A stretch of 64,000 nucleotides of DNA, from assembly GCA_965248535.1 (NCBI GenBank), contig CBDFJR010000002.1, positions 1,856,001 to 1,920,000 on the forward strand. Direction: 5' to 3'. A program made the position numbers and the translations under genes. Shown piece by piece: positions 30,481-41,818 of this stretch. The number at the start of each line of letters is the position of its first letter. Position 1 is the stretch's first letter. The notes beneath the pieces are model-generated. The model had not been told where the DNA came from. It did no database searches and worked only from the letters and a program-made list of their open reading frames with translations. Origin of the DNA: Phormidesmis sp. Its GTDB lineage: Bacteria > Cyanobacteriota > Cyanobacteriia > Leptolyngbyales > Leptolyngbyaceae.

Positions 30481-31095
30481 TCAAAGGGAATGATCATCGT
30501 CTGAGTCATCCATGATTCCAACTCCCGTCAGCGGACGATAGGTGTAGCTGCGCGGCGTTTTCTGGATATCTTCTTTGATGTTGTCGAGATCGATGTAGCG
30601 ATCGGCAACATTAATTAAGCTATCACTGGTCATTGACCTCAGACTGACCACTTCAACCCGCACCCCACGATAGCTGACTGCATTCACAGCATAGGCTAAA
30701 TCGCCATCACCACTCACCAGCACCGCCGTATCATAAGACCCGACCAGCGACATCATATCAACCGCGATCTCAACATCCAGGTTGGCTTTTTTAGAGCCAT
30801 CGGGCAACTGCACCAAGTCTTTTGAGATGACGCGATAGCCGTTGCGTCGCATCCACAGCAAGAAGCCCTGCTGCTTTTCATTGGTGCGATCGACCCCCGT
30901 ATAGAAGAACGATCGCAGCAGGCGAGAACCCGCCGTTAGCCGACACAGCAGTTTGGTGTAATCGATTTCAATTCCCAGTTGCAGTGCCGCATAAAAGAGG
31001 TTAGACCCATCAATAAAAATGGCAACCCGACCCCGATTTTCAAGCACCTGCTCTGGTGAAAATACTATTTCAGACTCATTCATGTGATTTAACAT
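30481..31095 (-). CDS. labA: NYN-domain protein, LabA/DUF88 family
   Basis: IFIDGSNLFY, KANLDVEIAVDM, LVSGDGD. Confidence 0.85.
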   Translation of the reverse strand: MLNHMNESEIVFSPEQVLENRGRVAIFIDGSNLFYAALQLGIEIDYTKLLCRLTAGSRLLRSFFYTGVDRTNEKQQGFLLWMRRNGYRVISKDLVQLPDGSKKANLDVEIAVDMMSLVGSYDTAVLVSGDGDLAYAVNAVSYRGVRVEVVSLRSMTSDSLINVADRYIDLDNIKEDIQKTPRSYTYRPLTGVGIMDDSDDDHSL

Positions 31096-31185
31096 AGTTG
31101 CTAACCTCAGTTTTTATGAAAGTATCGATGTTTAATCTGTATGCAATTTAGAAAAACCACGAGAAAACCCATGATCTGTCTTCGT

Positions 31186-32793
31186 TTATTGAGACTCTTC
31201 TAGCGGAAGATCTAATTTCTGAAACACAGGATGCGGCTCACCTAGAATCTGTTTAGCTGGAAGCACTCCCCACATCTGATGCTTCTGAAAAGTGGTTGCA
31301 ACATCTGTTAAACGAGTGTCACCAAAATCAGCCGCATAGCCCAACTGTTGGTAAATCTGAGTGCTGATGTTAGGAATAACGGGCGACAAAAGATAGGCCG
31401 CCAGGCGAACAGACTCTAAAACCGAGTAGAGAACTTGCTCAACATCTGCTTGTTTTCCTTGCTTATAGAGTGACCAGGGGGCTTGCTCATCAATGTATTT
31501 ATTGCCCATTCTGACAAAAGTCAAAATTGCGTCACAGGCATTGCTAAAGGCAAGAGAATCATAAGCTTGAGCTACTTTAGATCCTAACTCCGATCCCACC
31601 ACTTTTAAGAAATTGTCAGCCGCAACCTCCTCACCAGACACATCAGGAACGTGCCCCTCACAGTATTTTTGCGCCATTTTTAGCGTTCGATTGAGCAAGT
31701 TGCCTAAGTCGTTGGCTAAGTCGGCGTTTAGAATATTGACGAAACGAACTTCATCAAACACCCCATCCCGGCCAAACTCGATTTCCTTAAGGAAATAGTA
31801 ACGAACGGCATCGGCTCCATAGCGATCGACCAAGGGCACTGGATCAATGGCATTGCCTGTGCTTTTGCCTATTTTCAAGCCATCGCGCACCAAAAAACCG
31901 TGACCAAAGACACGATCGGGCAGAGATAGCCCGGCTGACATCAGCATGGCGGGCCAATAAACGGCATGAAACCGCAAAATATCTTTGCCAATTAGATGAA
32001 CGTCGATCGGCCACCAGTTAGACAGGGCGTTTTCTAGAGTTGGGGCAACGTCGGGATCAAGCAGGGCCGTCAGATAGCCCAACAGCGCATCAAACCAAAC
32101 ATAGAGCGTCTGCTTGGGATCAACGGGCACGGGGAACCCCCAGTCTAGATTCCGCCGAGAGATCGAGAAATCTCGTAGGCCTTGCCCGACAAAATTAAGC
32201 ACCTCGTTGCGGCGAGTCGTGGGCAAAATAAAATTGGGTTGGTCTTGATAGAGGCGTTCAAGCTTTTGTTGATAGTTGGATAGGCGGAAGAAATAATTTT
32301 CTTCGTCTCGCCACTCGGCTTGTTTGTTAGGGTGGACAGCGCAATAGTGGTCGTCAAGAAGCTCTCGCTCTTCTTTAAACTCTTCACAAGCGACGCAATA
32401 CCATCCTTTTTGCTGGCTCAGATAGATGTCGCCGTTCTCCCAAACCCGTTGAAAAAACTCTTCGACAATGGCAGCATGGCGAACGTCAGTGGTGCGAATG
32501 AAGCGATCGTAGCGAATGTTGAGTTTATCCCACAGACTTTTAAAGCCTTCTACCACTAAGTCGCAGTGCTCTTGCGGCGATCGCCCCAAACTCTCTGCCG
32601 TGCGCTGAATTTTTTGCCCGTGCTCATCGCTTCCCGTCACAAACCAGACCGATTTGCCCTGCAATCTCTGGAAGCGGGCCATCGCATCTGCGGCGATCGT
32701 GGGATAGGCGCTGCCAATGTGGGGTAAATCGTTGACGTAGTAAAGCGGTGTCGTGATAGCAAAGGTATGCTTCTCTGGGGGTTCAAAACTCAT
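31186..32793 (-). CDS. metG: Methionine--tRNA ligase
   Basis: ITTPLYYVN..HIGS, GSDEHGQKI, YVWFDAL, GKDILRFH, KIGKS. Confidence 0.97.
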   Translation of the reverse strand: MSFEPPEKHTFAITTPLYYVNDLPHIGSAYPTIAADAMARFQRLQGKSVWFVTGSDEHGQKIQRTAESLGRSPQEHCDLVVEGFKSLWDKLNIRYDRFIRTTDVRHAAIVEEFFQRVWENGDIYLSQQKGWYCVACEEFKEERELLDDHYCAVHPNKQAEWRDEENYFFRLSNYQQKLERLYQDQPNFILPTTRRNEVLNFVGQGLRDFSISRRNLDWGFPVPVDPKQTLYVWFDALLGYLTALLDPDVAPTLENALSNWWPIDVHLIGKDILRFHAVYWPAMLMSAGLSLPDRVFGHGFLVRDGLKIGKSTGNAIDPVPLVDRYGADAVRYYFLKEIEFGRDGVFDEVRFVNILNADLANDLGNLLNRTLKMAQKYCEGHVPDVSGEEVAADNFLKVVGSELGSKVAQAYDSLAFSNACDAILTFVRMGNKYIDEQAPWSLYKQGKQADVEQVLYSVLESVRLAAYLLSPVIPNISTQIYQQLGYAADFGDTRLTDVATTFQKHQMWGVLPAKQILGEPHPVFQKLDLPLEESQ

Positions 32794-33212
32794 GGATACT
32801 ATAAAAACAATCTCAAATCTACAGTCTGTGGGTCACAAGCGACACAAACTCCTGCCTTAACAGTGATTCGGGTTTACTCAAAAACTTAGCTGGCTGAATA
32901 ATATAGGGAGACTTTGAATCTTGGCTTGCTAACTCTACTCCTGATTTTAACCACCAACGCTCTGCAAAATTAGCGAAACAATCTTAAATAATTGAGCAGA
33001 AACTTCAGGGGAACTTATCAATCGACTGTTAATTGGATCAATAGATTCAGTTGAGTTCTCAGATTGGTCGATCGGTTCGGTGTTGCTGCCTTGGCTAACC
33101 TTGCTACCCAAACCTGCCGCAGTCAAGCTAGTATTTGTCCCCTGAGAAGTTTGTTAATCTTGGTAAAGTAGAGTCAGTCATCCAATGAATAATCTCTAAA
33201 AACTCTGGTTCG

Positions 33213-33941
33213 GTGTGCATGGCTTCTGATAGTCCGCTTCAAATTTCGCGGTTGCTGCTCTCGGCGATGGGCGTTCAAATGTATCTGCATCATCGCGATC
33301 GCGTGCCGCAAACAGGCTCCACTTTGGTCGTCAGCAATCACCGCAGTTTTCTTGATGCCCCCGTGTTGATGTCAGCGATCGACCGTCCGATTCGATTCGC
33401 TTGCCATCACTACATGGGTCAGGTGCCCGTCTTGCGCGAAGTGGTCACAAAACTAGGTTGCTTTCCGCTAGAAAGCTCAGAGCAACGACAGCAGAGCTTT
33501 TTCCACCAGGCCATTCAGCTATTAAAAACTCGGCAAGCGGTGGGCGTGTTTCCTGAAGGAACCGAGCCAATGGTCAACAGCCCCGCCCGGTGCGAGATGG
33601 GAGACTTTCAGCGCGGGTTTGCCCATCTGGCCCTCAAAGCCCCCGTGCAAGATTTAGCCGTTTTGCCGATCGCGATCGCCGTCCAAGACGAGACCAAAAG
33701 TTCGGCCGTTCCTTTAAAGCTACTCAGCTTGTTTGACCCCTCTGAGCCACTCTTTAATCAAGAAGGCTGGCATCCCTTAGTGATTTATCAGCGAGTCGAT
33801 GTTTTAGTGGGCCGTCCGTTTTGGATCACACCTGCCCATCGGCAAAAATATCAAGGCAAAGGAGCGCGGGCGATCGTTCAGCATCTCACTGGCCACTGCC
33901 ACGACGAGATCAACCGCCTACTAATTCAGGGATGCTACTGA
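33213..33941 (+). CDS. Lysophospholipid acyltransferase (PlsC family)
   Basis: NHRSFLD (HX4D) and FPEG motifs. Confidence 0.88.
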   Translation: MCMASDSPLQISRLLLSAMGVQMYLHHRDRVPQTGSTLVVSNHRSFLDAPVLMSAIDRPIRFACHHYMGQVPVLREVVTKLGCFPLESSEQRQQSFFHQAIQLLKTRQAVGVFPEGTEPMVNSPARCEMGDFQRGFAHLALKAPVQDLAVLPIAIAVQDETKSSAVPLKLLSLFDPSEPLFNQEGWHPLVIYQRVDVLVGRPFWITPAHRQKYQGKGARAIVQHLTGHCHDEINRLLIQGCY

Positions 33942-33985
33942 GAGAGCGTTAAATGTCTAAGAATGTCTAATTTAGTTTTTGTGCC

Positions 33986-34855
33986 ATGATTCACAGTCAC
34001 CTCTGCTTTCTCACGCCCAAGACGCTTAGACCCAGTTGTCCACTATTTGTGTTTTTGCCAGGTATGGATGGCACAGGGCAACTCTTGCGAACCCAGACCG
34101 AAGGGCTAGAAGCTAGGTTTGATGTGCGCTGTCTGGCAATCTCACCCGATGATTTGACCAGTTGGGATGAATTGGCCCAGCAGGTTGTTGAGCTAGTCAA
34201 AGGTGAATTGTCTAAAGGTCAGCAGCCCGACCAGCCTCCACGATCGGTCTATCTATGCGGGGAGTCCTTTGGGGGCTGTCTGGCCATGAAGGTCGCTGTT
34301 TTAGCACCAGAGCTATTTCAGCGCATCATTTTAGTCAACCCGGCTTCGTCATTTAACCGCCGACCGTGGATCTCGTGGGGATCGCAACTCAGCCGCTATT
34401 TGCCAGAAGTGGCTTACCGATTTTCGTCCGTGACGTTTTTGCCCCTGTTGGCATCGCTCGATCGCATTGCTCCAGACGATCAGCAAGCCCTGATTCAAGC
34501 TGTCCGATCGGTGCCCCAAAAAACATCGATTTGGCGAATGTCTTTGCTGCACCATTTTCGAGTGCCTCGGCAACAGCTAGGGCAACTCACACAGCCTACT
34601 TTGATTATTGCCAGCGCCGAAGACAAACTGCTGCCGTCGCTGCCAGAAGCCTATCGGTTAAAACGAGCTTTTCACAAGGCCTACGTGGTCGTGCTGCCAG
34701 AAAGTGGCCATAGCTGTCTCTTAGAGTCTGGAGTCAATCTCTATGAGATGATGAAAACCCACGGTTTCTTAGATGAGACGCTCGACTTTAATCAGACAGA
34801 TGCAGTGGGGATCATCGGCTCAAGCGATCGGGGGCTAGCCACCAAAAAGGGGTGA
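33986..34855 (+). CDS. Alpha/beta hydrolase
   Basis: FLPGMDGTG, nucleophile elbow GESFGG, C-terminal SGH. Confidence 0.88.
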   Translation: MIHSHLCFLTPKTLRPSCPLFVFLPGMDGTGQLLRTQTEGLEARFDVRCLAISPDDLTSWDELAQQVVELVKGELSKGQQPDQPPRSVYLCGESFGGCLAMKVAVLAPELFQRIILVNPASSFNRRPWISWGSQLSRYLPEVAYRFSSVTFLPLLASLDRIAPDDQQALIQAVRSVPQKTSIWRMSLLHHFRVPRQQLGQLTQPTLIIASAEDKLLPSLPEAYRLKRAFHKAYVVVLPESGHSCLLESGVNLYEMMKTHGFLDETLDFNQTDAVGIIGSSDRGLATKKG

Positions 34856-34876
34856 CTTCTCGTTGAGCCGATGCCC

Positions 34877-35950
34877 TCATAGCAAATCTTTAAACTCCGA
34901 TCGCGTGTGCAAAGTTTTGAGAATGGCCTTGATCTCTTGAGTGCGATCTTTTTTGGCAACGAGGGTGACTTTGCCATCTCGGACGACGATCGTATCTTCT
35001 AGCCCGATTGTCACAATCAGTTCATCGTCGCTTGTGGAATAGAGCAGAGTTCCCTTGGTATCTAAGCCAACATGGGTGGCCAGTTCAACGTTGGGGTTGT
35101 CTGCATTTTTGAGCAGTCGCTCGATCGCGGCCCAGTCGCCCAAGTCATCCCAGCCAAAGGTCACGGGCAGCACATAAGCGCAGTCAGTTTTTTCCATCAA
35201 CGCATAGTCAATACTGTTCTTAGGCAGGAGTGGATAGGCCGCAACGCCCTGTTCTTCGAGCAGAGTCATCATGTCTGGGGCGTGGTGGCGCAGTTCTTTG
35301 AGGGCAACCGCCGCCTGAAACACAAACATCCCCCCATTCCAGCTAAAGCGACCGCTGTCTAGAAAGGCTTGAGCCGTCTCGCGATCGGGCTTTTCGGTAA
35401 AGCGATCGACGCGATAGGCCGGATATCCAGGATTGGCCCCATACAATCCAATCTTTTCGCCCTGCTCGATATAGCCATAGCCAGTAGCCGCCTGATTGCA
35501 GGTAATGCCCAGGGTGACGATCGCCGCTTTTTGAACAGCTAAATCGACGGCTGCTGCCAGCGTCGCTTCAAACGTTGCCTGGTTATCGATCCAGTGATCT
35601 GCGGGGAAGAAGCCCACGATCGCATCTTCACCGTAGCGTTTAGCAATCTCTAACGTGCTCCAGGCAACGGCGGGCGCGGTGTCTCGTCCTTCTGGCTCAA
35701 CTAACAGGTTGGCGAGAGGCAGGTCAGGAAGCTGTTCTTGAACGCCTTGGGCCAGGTGAGAAGCCGTGACAACCCAAAGATTATCCCAGCCGTTGGCAGT
35801 TTGGAGCAGCCGATCGGCGGTGGACTGCAAGAGGCTACGATCGCTGCCGTCAAGACATAGAAACTGCTTAGGGCGCTGTTTACGGCTCAACGGCCAAAAG
35901 CGTTCGCCCTTGCCTCCAGCGAGGATAACGGGCACAAGAGGTTGGGTCAT
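34877..35950 (-). CDS. manC: Mannose-1-phosphate guanylyltransferase
   Basis: ILAGGKGERFWPLSR..PKQF, EPEGRDTAPA, FTEKP, SIDYALME, WDDLG. Confidence 0.93.
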   Translation of the reverse strand: MTQPLVPVILAGGKGERFWPLSRKQRPKQFLCLDGSDRSLLQSTADRLLQTANGWDNLWVVTASHLAQGVQEQLPDLPLANLLVEPEGRDTAPAVAWSTLEIAKRYGEDAIVGFFPADHWIDNQATFEATLAAAVDLAVQKAAIVTLGITCNQAATGYGYIEQGEKIGLYGANPGYPAYRVDRFTEKPDRETAQAFLDSGRFSWNGGMFVFQAAVALKELRHHAPDMMTLLEEQGVAAYPLLPKNSIDYALMEKTDCAYVLPVTFGWDDLGDWAAIERLLKNADNPNVELATHVGLDTKGTLLYSTSDDELIVTIGLEDTIVVRDGKVTLVAKKDRTQEIKAILKTLHTRSEFKDLL

Positions 35951-36447
35951 AGTAAATATCGGTTGCGGGGCAGGTCAAATTAGAGAGCAAGCACAAAGCC
36001 AAAGCTGAGTAGGCGCTGAAAAAACCAGAGCAGCAGAAACGCGCTCCGTGACAATATTAGTGAACATCATCACCTGAAGTCTTCTGAATGACAGTATCTT
36101 CGCGGAGTCTTTTCAATTCATCCTCCTTTCTCAAACAGGACGGTAAGTTCTGCAAAAAGTTCAGGATGTGACTAGTGAACGACTCTAGGTTGGTTTGCTA
36201 GCCATTCGGCCAGATTCAAGGGTAGAATTCCCGGAAGGTTGCTCACCGTAACAATTTCTCTCTATCGTCAAGAAATTGATTCTAAAAAGTGTGTAAAGCG
36301 CCTGACAGTCAAGCATTCAGCCAATTCCATCTGAATAGTGAGAGAAAGCCAGAGAGTTTAGGTTAGGATGTCGAAGAATCATTTGAGAGATTAGGGTAGA
36401 TGACCTCTGGTGTCAGGTCAGTTTTAAGTGGTAGGGAGTGGAACTAG

Positions 36448-37839
36448 TTGAAGAGTCAATCAACGTCAAGACAGCCAAAGCTGCTCGAAAACCGTGAGGG
36501 GCAATCTACGCCCGATGGTTCTGCATCGTCGGTGCCGCATCCCTCAAAAAACCCTGCTAGAGGGCTGACAATCTCTCGCTCGTTGTTCTGGGGCTTTACG
36601 TTTTTGATTGCTGCTACGGCTTCGGCCACGATCGGCACCACGCTGGCGCTGATTACGCCTCTACCGGGTGCGGTTGCCCCCGCAGAAGGGCAAAAGATTT
36701 TTAACGCTCTGTGGCGCAGCGGCTTTCAATATCATGTGGGCCGCCCAGTCAATATTTTAGTGATGGGGATCGATCGCGTTCCTGGGGTGCCAGACGGCTC
36801 AGACGAGGTTTTTTCAGGTCGCAGTGACACCATGCTGCTGCTGCGAATTGACCCAACTGACAACACGGTCAATTTGCTTTCGATCCCCAGAGACACCCAG
36901 GTTGAGATTCCGGGCATCGGGGTGACGAAGATCAACCAAGCAAACGCGAGTGGTGGCCCGGCTCTGGCTCGTCAAGTCGTCACCAACACCCTGAACGGGG
37001 TTGAAGTCGATCGCTATGTGCGGGTCAGCACGAGCGCCTTCCGGGAGTTGGTCGATCTGCTGGGCGGGGTGGATATCTATGTGCCCGAACCGATGTCTTA
37101 TGTAGACAACACCCAAAAGCTCAAGATTGACCTAGCTCAGGGTTGGCAAACTTTGAATGGCAGCCAAGCCGAGCAGTTTGCGCGATTTCGTCACGATAAC
37201 TTTGGTGATATTGGCCGCGTTCAGCGTCAACAGTCCCTGATTAAGGCGCTGCGATCGAAGCTAGCCAGTCCTTTAATGCTGCCGCGAGTGCCCAGTCTGA
37301 TCAACCTGATGCAGAAATATATTGACACGAACCTCAGCGTTGAAGAACTGCTGGCGCTGGTCAATTTTGGGGTGAAGTTAGACAAAAACGATTTCAAGAT
37401 GGTGATGTTGCCAGGACGGTTTAGCACCCCAGACGAATTTTCGGCCAGTTATTGGATTATGGACTCCCAGGGGCGCGATCGCGTCCTGCAAGACTATTTC
37501 AAAGCTGGGGCAATCGATGCATCAAACCCTAGCGTTGGCACACCCGTTAAGATTGCTGTGCAAAACGCCTCTAGCAAACCCGAAGCGGGGAAGCAGTTTG
37601 TGAGTTATTTGACCAGCCTGGGCTATGAGAATGTTTATCTGACGCAAGACTGGGCAGATCACCAAGAAAAAACCCAAATCATTGTGCAAAAAGGAGATTT
37701 GCGATCGGCAAAAGCGCTACAAGCCACGATCGGGTTTGGGGATCTTGAAGCGTCGTCAGTGGGCGACTTAGACTCCGATTTAACCCTCCGCGTCGGAGAT
37801 GACTGGTTAGCCCAGCAGCCCCCTAAATCCAAGAACTGA
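36448..37839 (+). CDS. LCP (LytR-CpsA-Psr) family protein with LytR_C domain
   Basis: GRSDTMLL, SIPRDT, ARFRHD..DIGRVQRQ. Confidence 0.92.
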   Translation: MKSQSTSRQPKLLENREGQSTPDGSASSVPHPSKNPARGLTISRSLFWGFTFLIAATASATIGTTLALITPLPGAVAPAEGQKIFNALWRSGFQYHVGRPVNILVMGIDRVPGVPDGSDEVFSGRSDTMLLLRIDPTDNTVNLLSIPRDTQVEIPGIGVTKINQANASGGPALARQVVTNTLNGVEVDRYVRVSTSAFRELVDLLGGVDIYVPEPMSYVDNTQKLKIDLAQGWQTLNGSQAEQFARFRHDNFGDIGRVQRQQSLIKALRSKLASPLMLPRVPSLINLMQKYIDTNLSVEELLALVNFGVKLDKNDFKMVMLPGRFSTPDEFSASYWIMDSQGRDRVLQDYFKAGAIDASNPSVGTPVKIAVQNASSKPEAGKQFVSYLTSLGYENVYLTQDWADHQEKTQIIVQKGDLRSAKALQATIGFGDLEASSVGDLDSDLTLRVGDDWLAQQPPKSKN

Positions 37840-37875
37840 GGGATAATAGGAGTCTCAGTAACCTCTGTTTTTCTC

Positions 37876-38438
37876 ATGCACCTGCTCCCTCAAAGCCCGA
37901 CTTTTCAGCTAGCTTCTAAAGGATTTGCCCCTGCCTCCCTCTGGTTGCGGGCTGCGATCGTTTTAACCTTAGCTTGCCTTTGGGTGCTGCTCACCGCCAT
38001 GCCTGCCAACGCTCAAAGCAAAACGATCAACTACACCAGCACTCAGCTAGAAAATCGCGATTTTTCAAATGCTGATTTAGAAGGGGGCGTTTTTGTCGCG
38101 GCTGAGATGCGAGAAGCCAACTTTCAAGGCGCTAACTTAAAAAGCGCCATTTTGACCAACGGAAATCTTCTGTCAGCCAATCTGTCTGGGGCAAACTTAA
38201 CCTGGGCACTCGCCGATCGCGTCACCTTTATAAAGCAAACTTGACCAACACTCTGTTTATCGAGGCGACGCTCTCGCGCAGCATTTTAGATGAAGCCGAC
38301 GTGACGGGGGCAGATTTCACCGATGCGCTGCTCGATCGCTACACGGTCACAAAGCTCTGCAAAACGGCTTCGGGGGTCAACCCGGTGACTGGGGTGGCAA
38401 CGCGAGAGAGTCTAGGGTGTCCCGCAAGCTCAGACTGA
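37876..38438 (+). pseudogene. Pentapeptide repeat protein with a -1 frameshift at 38227-38229 (possibly a sequencing error)
   Basis: Signal peptide plus A(D/N)L repeats. Adding one T gives VTFYKANLTN and continues to [22 protein letters not shown]. Confidence 0.85.
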
Positions 38439-39887
38439 GTTGGCCCAGGTTTTTGCCCAGTTGAGCGTTTGATGCACCTGATCCGAGGTTGCTGCTTCGC
38501 AATAGAGCCGCAGAACAGGTTCGGTGCCGCTAAAGCGAATGAGTAGCCAACTCTGATCGGCGAGGCGAAACTTGTAGCCGTCATCCGTTTGACAATGAAT
38601 TACCGATCGTCCGGCAATCTCTTTTAGGGGATGGGTTTGCAGTTGAGTCAATAGCTTGGTTCGCACTTCCATGCTGGCCAGGGGTAGATCGATGCGATCG
38701 TAGGCGGCGGTGAATCCTGTTTTGAGGCGAAGCTGATGATCTTGTTCGCCCAGGTCTTGCCCGGTTTGGACGACGGTTTCTAAAAGATAGAGGGCAGCCA
38801 GCAACGCATCTCGTTCGGGGATGTGGTGCCCATAGCCAATGCCTCCCGACTCTTCACCCCCTAAAAGAACCTGAGTTTCTAACATCCGATCGGCGATGTA
38901 CTTATACCCAATTGGAGTCTCAAACACAGGCAGATTGTGCAATTTGGCAACCTGGGGCATCAAATCAGAGCCGCTCACAGTTTTCACGACCTCGCCTCGA
39001 TAGCCTTTCCGCACATATAAATGCTCGATCAGAATCGGGATCAGCGTTTGAGAACTGAGAAAATTGCCTTTCCCATCGACAGCGGCGATGCGATCGGCAT
39101 CTCCATCAAACACTAAGCCGATCACGGGGCGATCGCTGCGATAGTCTCGAATGGTTTGCAATAGCTTAGACAAATAGCGCGGCAGCGGTTCAGGTGCGCC
39201 GCCTTCAAATAGGGGATCACGATCGCTGTTCAACTCGTGAATCGGCACCCCAAGCAGTCGTTCTAGCCCCGTTGCGGCTGCCCCGTGCATAACATCAGCA
39301 AACACAGTCAGCTTGCCGTGGGCGATCGCCGCTTGGATGGCGGCAATATCGACCTGTGATCGCAGCCCGTCACAATAACTTGTCCAGGGGTTAAACCGTT
39401 GCAGCGATCCCGGTTGCTCAGTCGGCTGCTTTCGGACTTCTGCATTGATCAAAGCTTCGATTTGCTGTGTCACGTCAGGCGGAACTGATCCCCCAAACGC
39501 TCCTTTGACTTTTAGCCCAGAATATCCCCCCGGATTGTGGCTGGCTGTGATCACGAGGGCACCCAGGGCATTTTGCTGCTTGGCTACCCAGCTAAAGGCA
39601 GGGGTCGGCGCAAAGCACTCAGAAAGCATGACATCAAACCCGATCGCTCTCACTGAGTCGGCCGTGGCTTGAGCGAACTCTTCTGACAAAAAACGGCGAT
39701 CGTAGCCCACGATGATCGTGTTGCTCTTGGTGGTGCTGCCATAGACGTTTGCCAACACCTGAGCCGCTAGGGGCGCAACAAATTTGAGTCGATCAAACGT
39801 AAAGTCGGCGGCGATCAGCCCTCGCCAGCCATCGGTGCCAAATTTAATGGGGTTGATCGTCGTCACGATCGGAGCAGGATGAATCAT
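38430..39887 (-). CDS. Phosphoglucomutase/phosphomannomutase
   Basis: [35 protein letters not shown]. Confidence 0.95.
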   Translation of the reverse strand: MIHPAPIVTTINPIKFGTDGWRGLIAADFTFDRLKFVAPLAAQVLANVYGSTTKSNTIIVGYDRRFLSEEFAQATADSVRAIGFDVMLSECFAPTPAFSWVAKQQNALGALVITASHNPGGYSGLKVKGAFGGSVPPDVTQQIEALINAEVRKQPTEQPGSLQRFNPWTSYCDGLRSQVDIAAIQAAIAHGKLTVFADVMHGAAATGLERLLGVPIHELNSDRDPLFEGGAPEPLPRYLSKLLQTIRDYRSDRPVIGLVFDGDADRIAAVDGKGNFLSSQTLIPILIEHLYVRKGYRGEVVKTVSGSDLMPQVAKLHNLPVFETPIGYKYIADRMLETQVLLGGEESGGIGYGHHIPERDALLAALYLLETVVQTGQDLGEQDHQLRLKTGFTAAYDRIDLPLASMEVRTKLLTQLQTHPLKEIAGRSVIHCQTDDGYKFRLADQSWLLIRFSGTEPVLRLYCEAATSDQVHQTLNWAKTWANSV

Positions 39888-40033
39888 GGTGCCACAACCT
39901 TAGTAAAGTCCGCCTCGTTCTAGAGTTTATCCAGGATGCGTTTTCTGATCTCAGCATTGGGCAGAGGCTACACCATAACTTAATAAACCTGGACGCAAGA
40001 CTCCCGTGAAATCACGGTTTCCAGCCCTGAGCT

Positions 40034-41818
40034 TTACACAGGCGAGAGCGCGGCCTCGGTCTGAGTCGAGTTAGCGGCCCCCGAATAGACTAATCCCCGC
40101 TGCATGTCTAGGGTGATAATCTCACCATCTCGAATCACGGCTGTAGCGTTTTTAACCCCAACAATCACAGGCACCCCTAGACGCAACCCAATGACGGCGG
40201 CGTGACTCGTGAGACTGCTGTCTTCGGTGATGATGCCTGCCGCTTTGCGAATCGCTTCGACATTATCAGCACTGGTCGTAGACACGACTAAAATTTCGCC
40301 CGCGTTGAAGTGAGAAATCTCTGACCCGATCGCCGCCACTCTGGCCCGGCCGCTGACTGACCCTTGACCGATGGCGACTCCCTTCCCGCGAATGGCAGTG
40401 ACCACTTCGACTTTGATCAGATCGGTCGAGCCAGCCACGCCTTGCAGTGTTCCGGCAGTCATTACAACCAAATCCCCTTCACACACGAGTTCTTTCTCTT
40501 GAGCCACGTTGAGCGCCGCTTGAAAAGTCTGCCAGGTAGAGGGCAAATCGAGCACCAGCAGGGGTTTAACTCCCCACACAAGCTGAAGCTGTCGGGCCAC
40601 ATCGACATGGGGCGTGATCGCCAAAATCGGCGTTTTAGGACGAAACTTTGAGACGTTTCTAGCGGTGGCTCCGGTTTTGGTAAGGGTCATGATCGCCCCT
40701 GCCCCTAGCTGATCGGAGATCCGCCCTACGGCTTGACTGATGGCATTAGGGATCGATCGTCCTGCATCTTCTGAAATTCGATTGCCTTTTTCCTTCTCGA
40801 TTCGCACAGCGATTTGCGCCATGGTCGAAACGGCTTCGATCGGGTAGTTGCCCACGGCAGTTTCATTCGAGAGCATCACTGCATCGGTGCCGTCCAGAAT
40901 GGCGTTGGCCACGTCAGAGATCTCAGCGCGAGTCGGGCGGGGGCTGTTGACCATGCTGTCTAGCATCTGGGTCGCGGTGATTACCGGAATGCCGAGCCGA
41001 TTGGAGGTGGCGATCAAGCGTTTTTGCAAAATGGGCACATCTTCAGCCGGAAGCTCAACGCCCAGATCGCCCCGCGCCACCATTACGCCATCTGAGATCG
41101 ACAGAATCGCTTCCATCTGCTCGATCGCTTCGTGCTTTTCAATCTTGACGATCACTGGCACCGCTTTTCCGGCGCTAGAAATCAATTCTTTAATTTCTAA
41201 AACGTCTTGTGGATTGCGGACAAAACTCAACGCCACCCAATCTACGCCCTGATCTAACCCAAACACTAAGTCTTTGCGGTCTTTGTCGGTCAGCGCCTTA
41301 ATCGACAGATACACCCCCGGAAAGTTGACCCCTTTGTTGTTAGACAGTGGGCCGCCAACCACGACACGACAATGGAGCGACTGATCGGCTCGATCGATAG
41401 ATTCCACCTTCATTTCGACTCTGCCATCGTCTAGCATAATCGTGGCACCCGACGGAACCTCTTCGGCCAGCAGATCATAGGTGACAGAGCTAATCGCCTG
41501 AGTTCCAGGAATCAATCGGCTGGTAAGCGTGAAGGGATCGCCTTTTTTGAGCACGATCGGGCCATTCTCAAATCGCCCCAATCGAATTTTAGGCCCCTGC
41601 AAATCTTGCAAAATTCCGACGGGCTGGTTTAAATCGTAGGAGATTTGTCTAATCAGCCGAATGCTTCGCAAGTGGTCATCGTGGCTGCCGTGGGAAAAAT
41701 TGAGGCGTAGTGTGGTTGCCCCCGCTTCAATCAGTTCCCGTAAAACTTCTGGAGTACTGGTTGCAGGACCGATCGTCGCTACAATTTTGGTTCTACGCTG
41801 GGAAGGTTGCAATTGCAT
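40034..41818 (-). CDS. pyk: Pyruvate kinase with C-terminal PEP-utiliser domain
   Basis: RRTKIVATIGPA, DLQGPKIR, MVARGDLGVE, TATQMLDSM, TSHAA. Confidence 0.97.
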   Translation of the reverse strand: MQLQPSQRRTKIVATIGPATSTPEVLRELIEAGATTLRLNFSHGSHDDHLRSIRLIRQISYDLNQPVGILQDLQGPKIRLGRFENGPIVLKKGDPFTLTSRLIPGTQAISSVTYDLLAEEVPSGATIMLDDGRVEMKVESIDRADQSLHCRVVVGGPLSNNKGVNFPGVYLSIKALTDKDRKDLVFGLDQGVDWVALSFVRNPQDVLEIKELISSAGKAVPVIVKIEKHEAIEQMEAILSISDGVMVARGDLGVELPAEDVPILQKRLIATSNRLGIPVITATQMLDSMVNSPRPTRAEISDVANAILDGTDAVMLSNETAVGNYPIEAVSTMAQIAVRIEKEKGNRISEDAGRSIPNAISQAVGRISDQLGAGAIMTLTKTGATARNVSKFRPKTPILAITPHVDVARQLQLVWGVKPLLVLDLPSTWQTFQAALNVAQEKELVCEGDLVVMTAGTLQGVAGSTDLIKVEVVTAIRGKGVAIGQGSVSGRARVAAIGSEISHFNAGEILVVSTTSADNVEAIRKAAGIITEDSSLTSHAAVIGLRLGVPVIVGVKNATAVIRDGEIITLDMQRGLVYSGAANSTQTEAALSPV

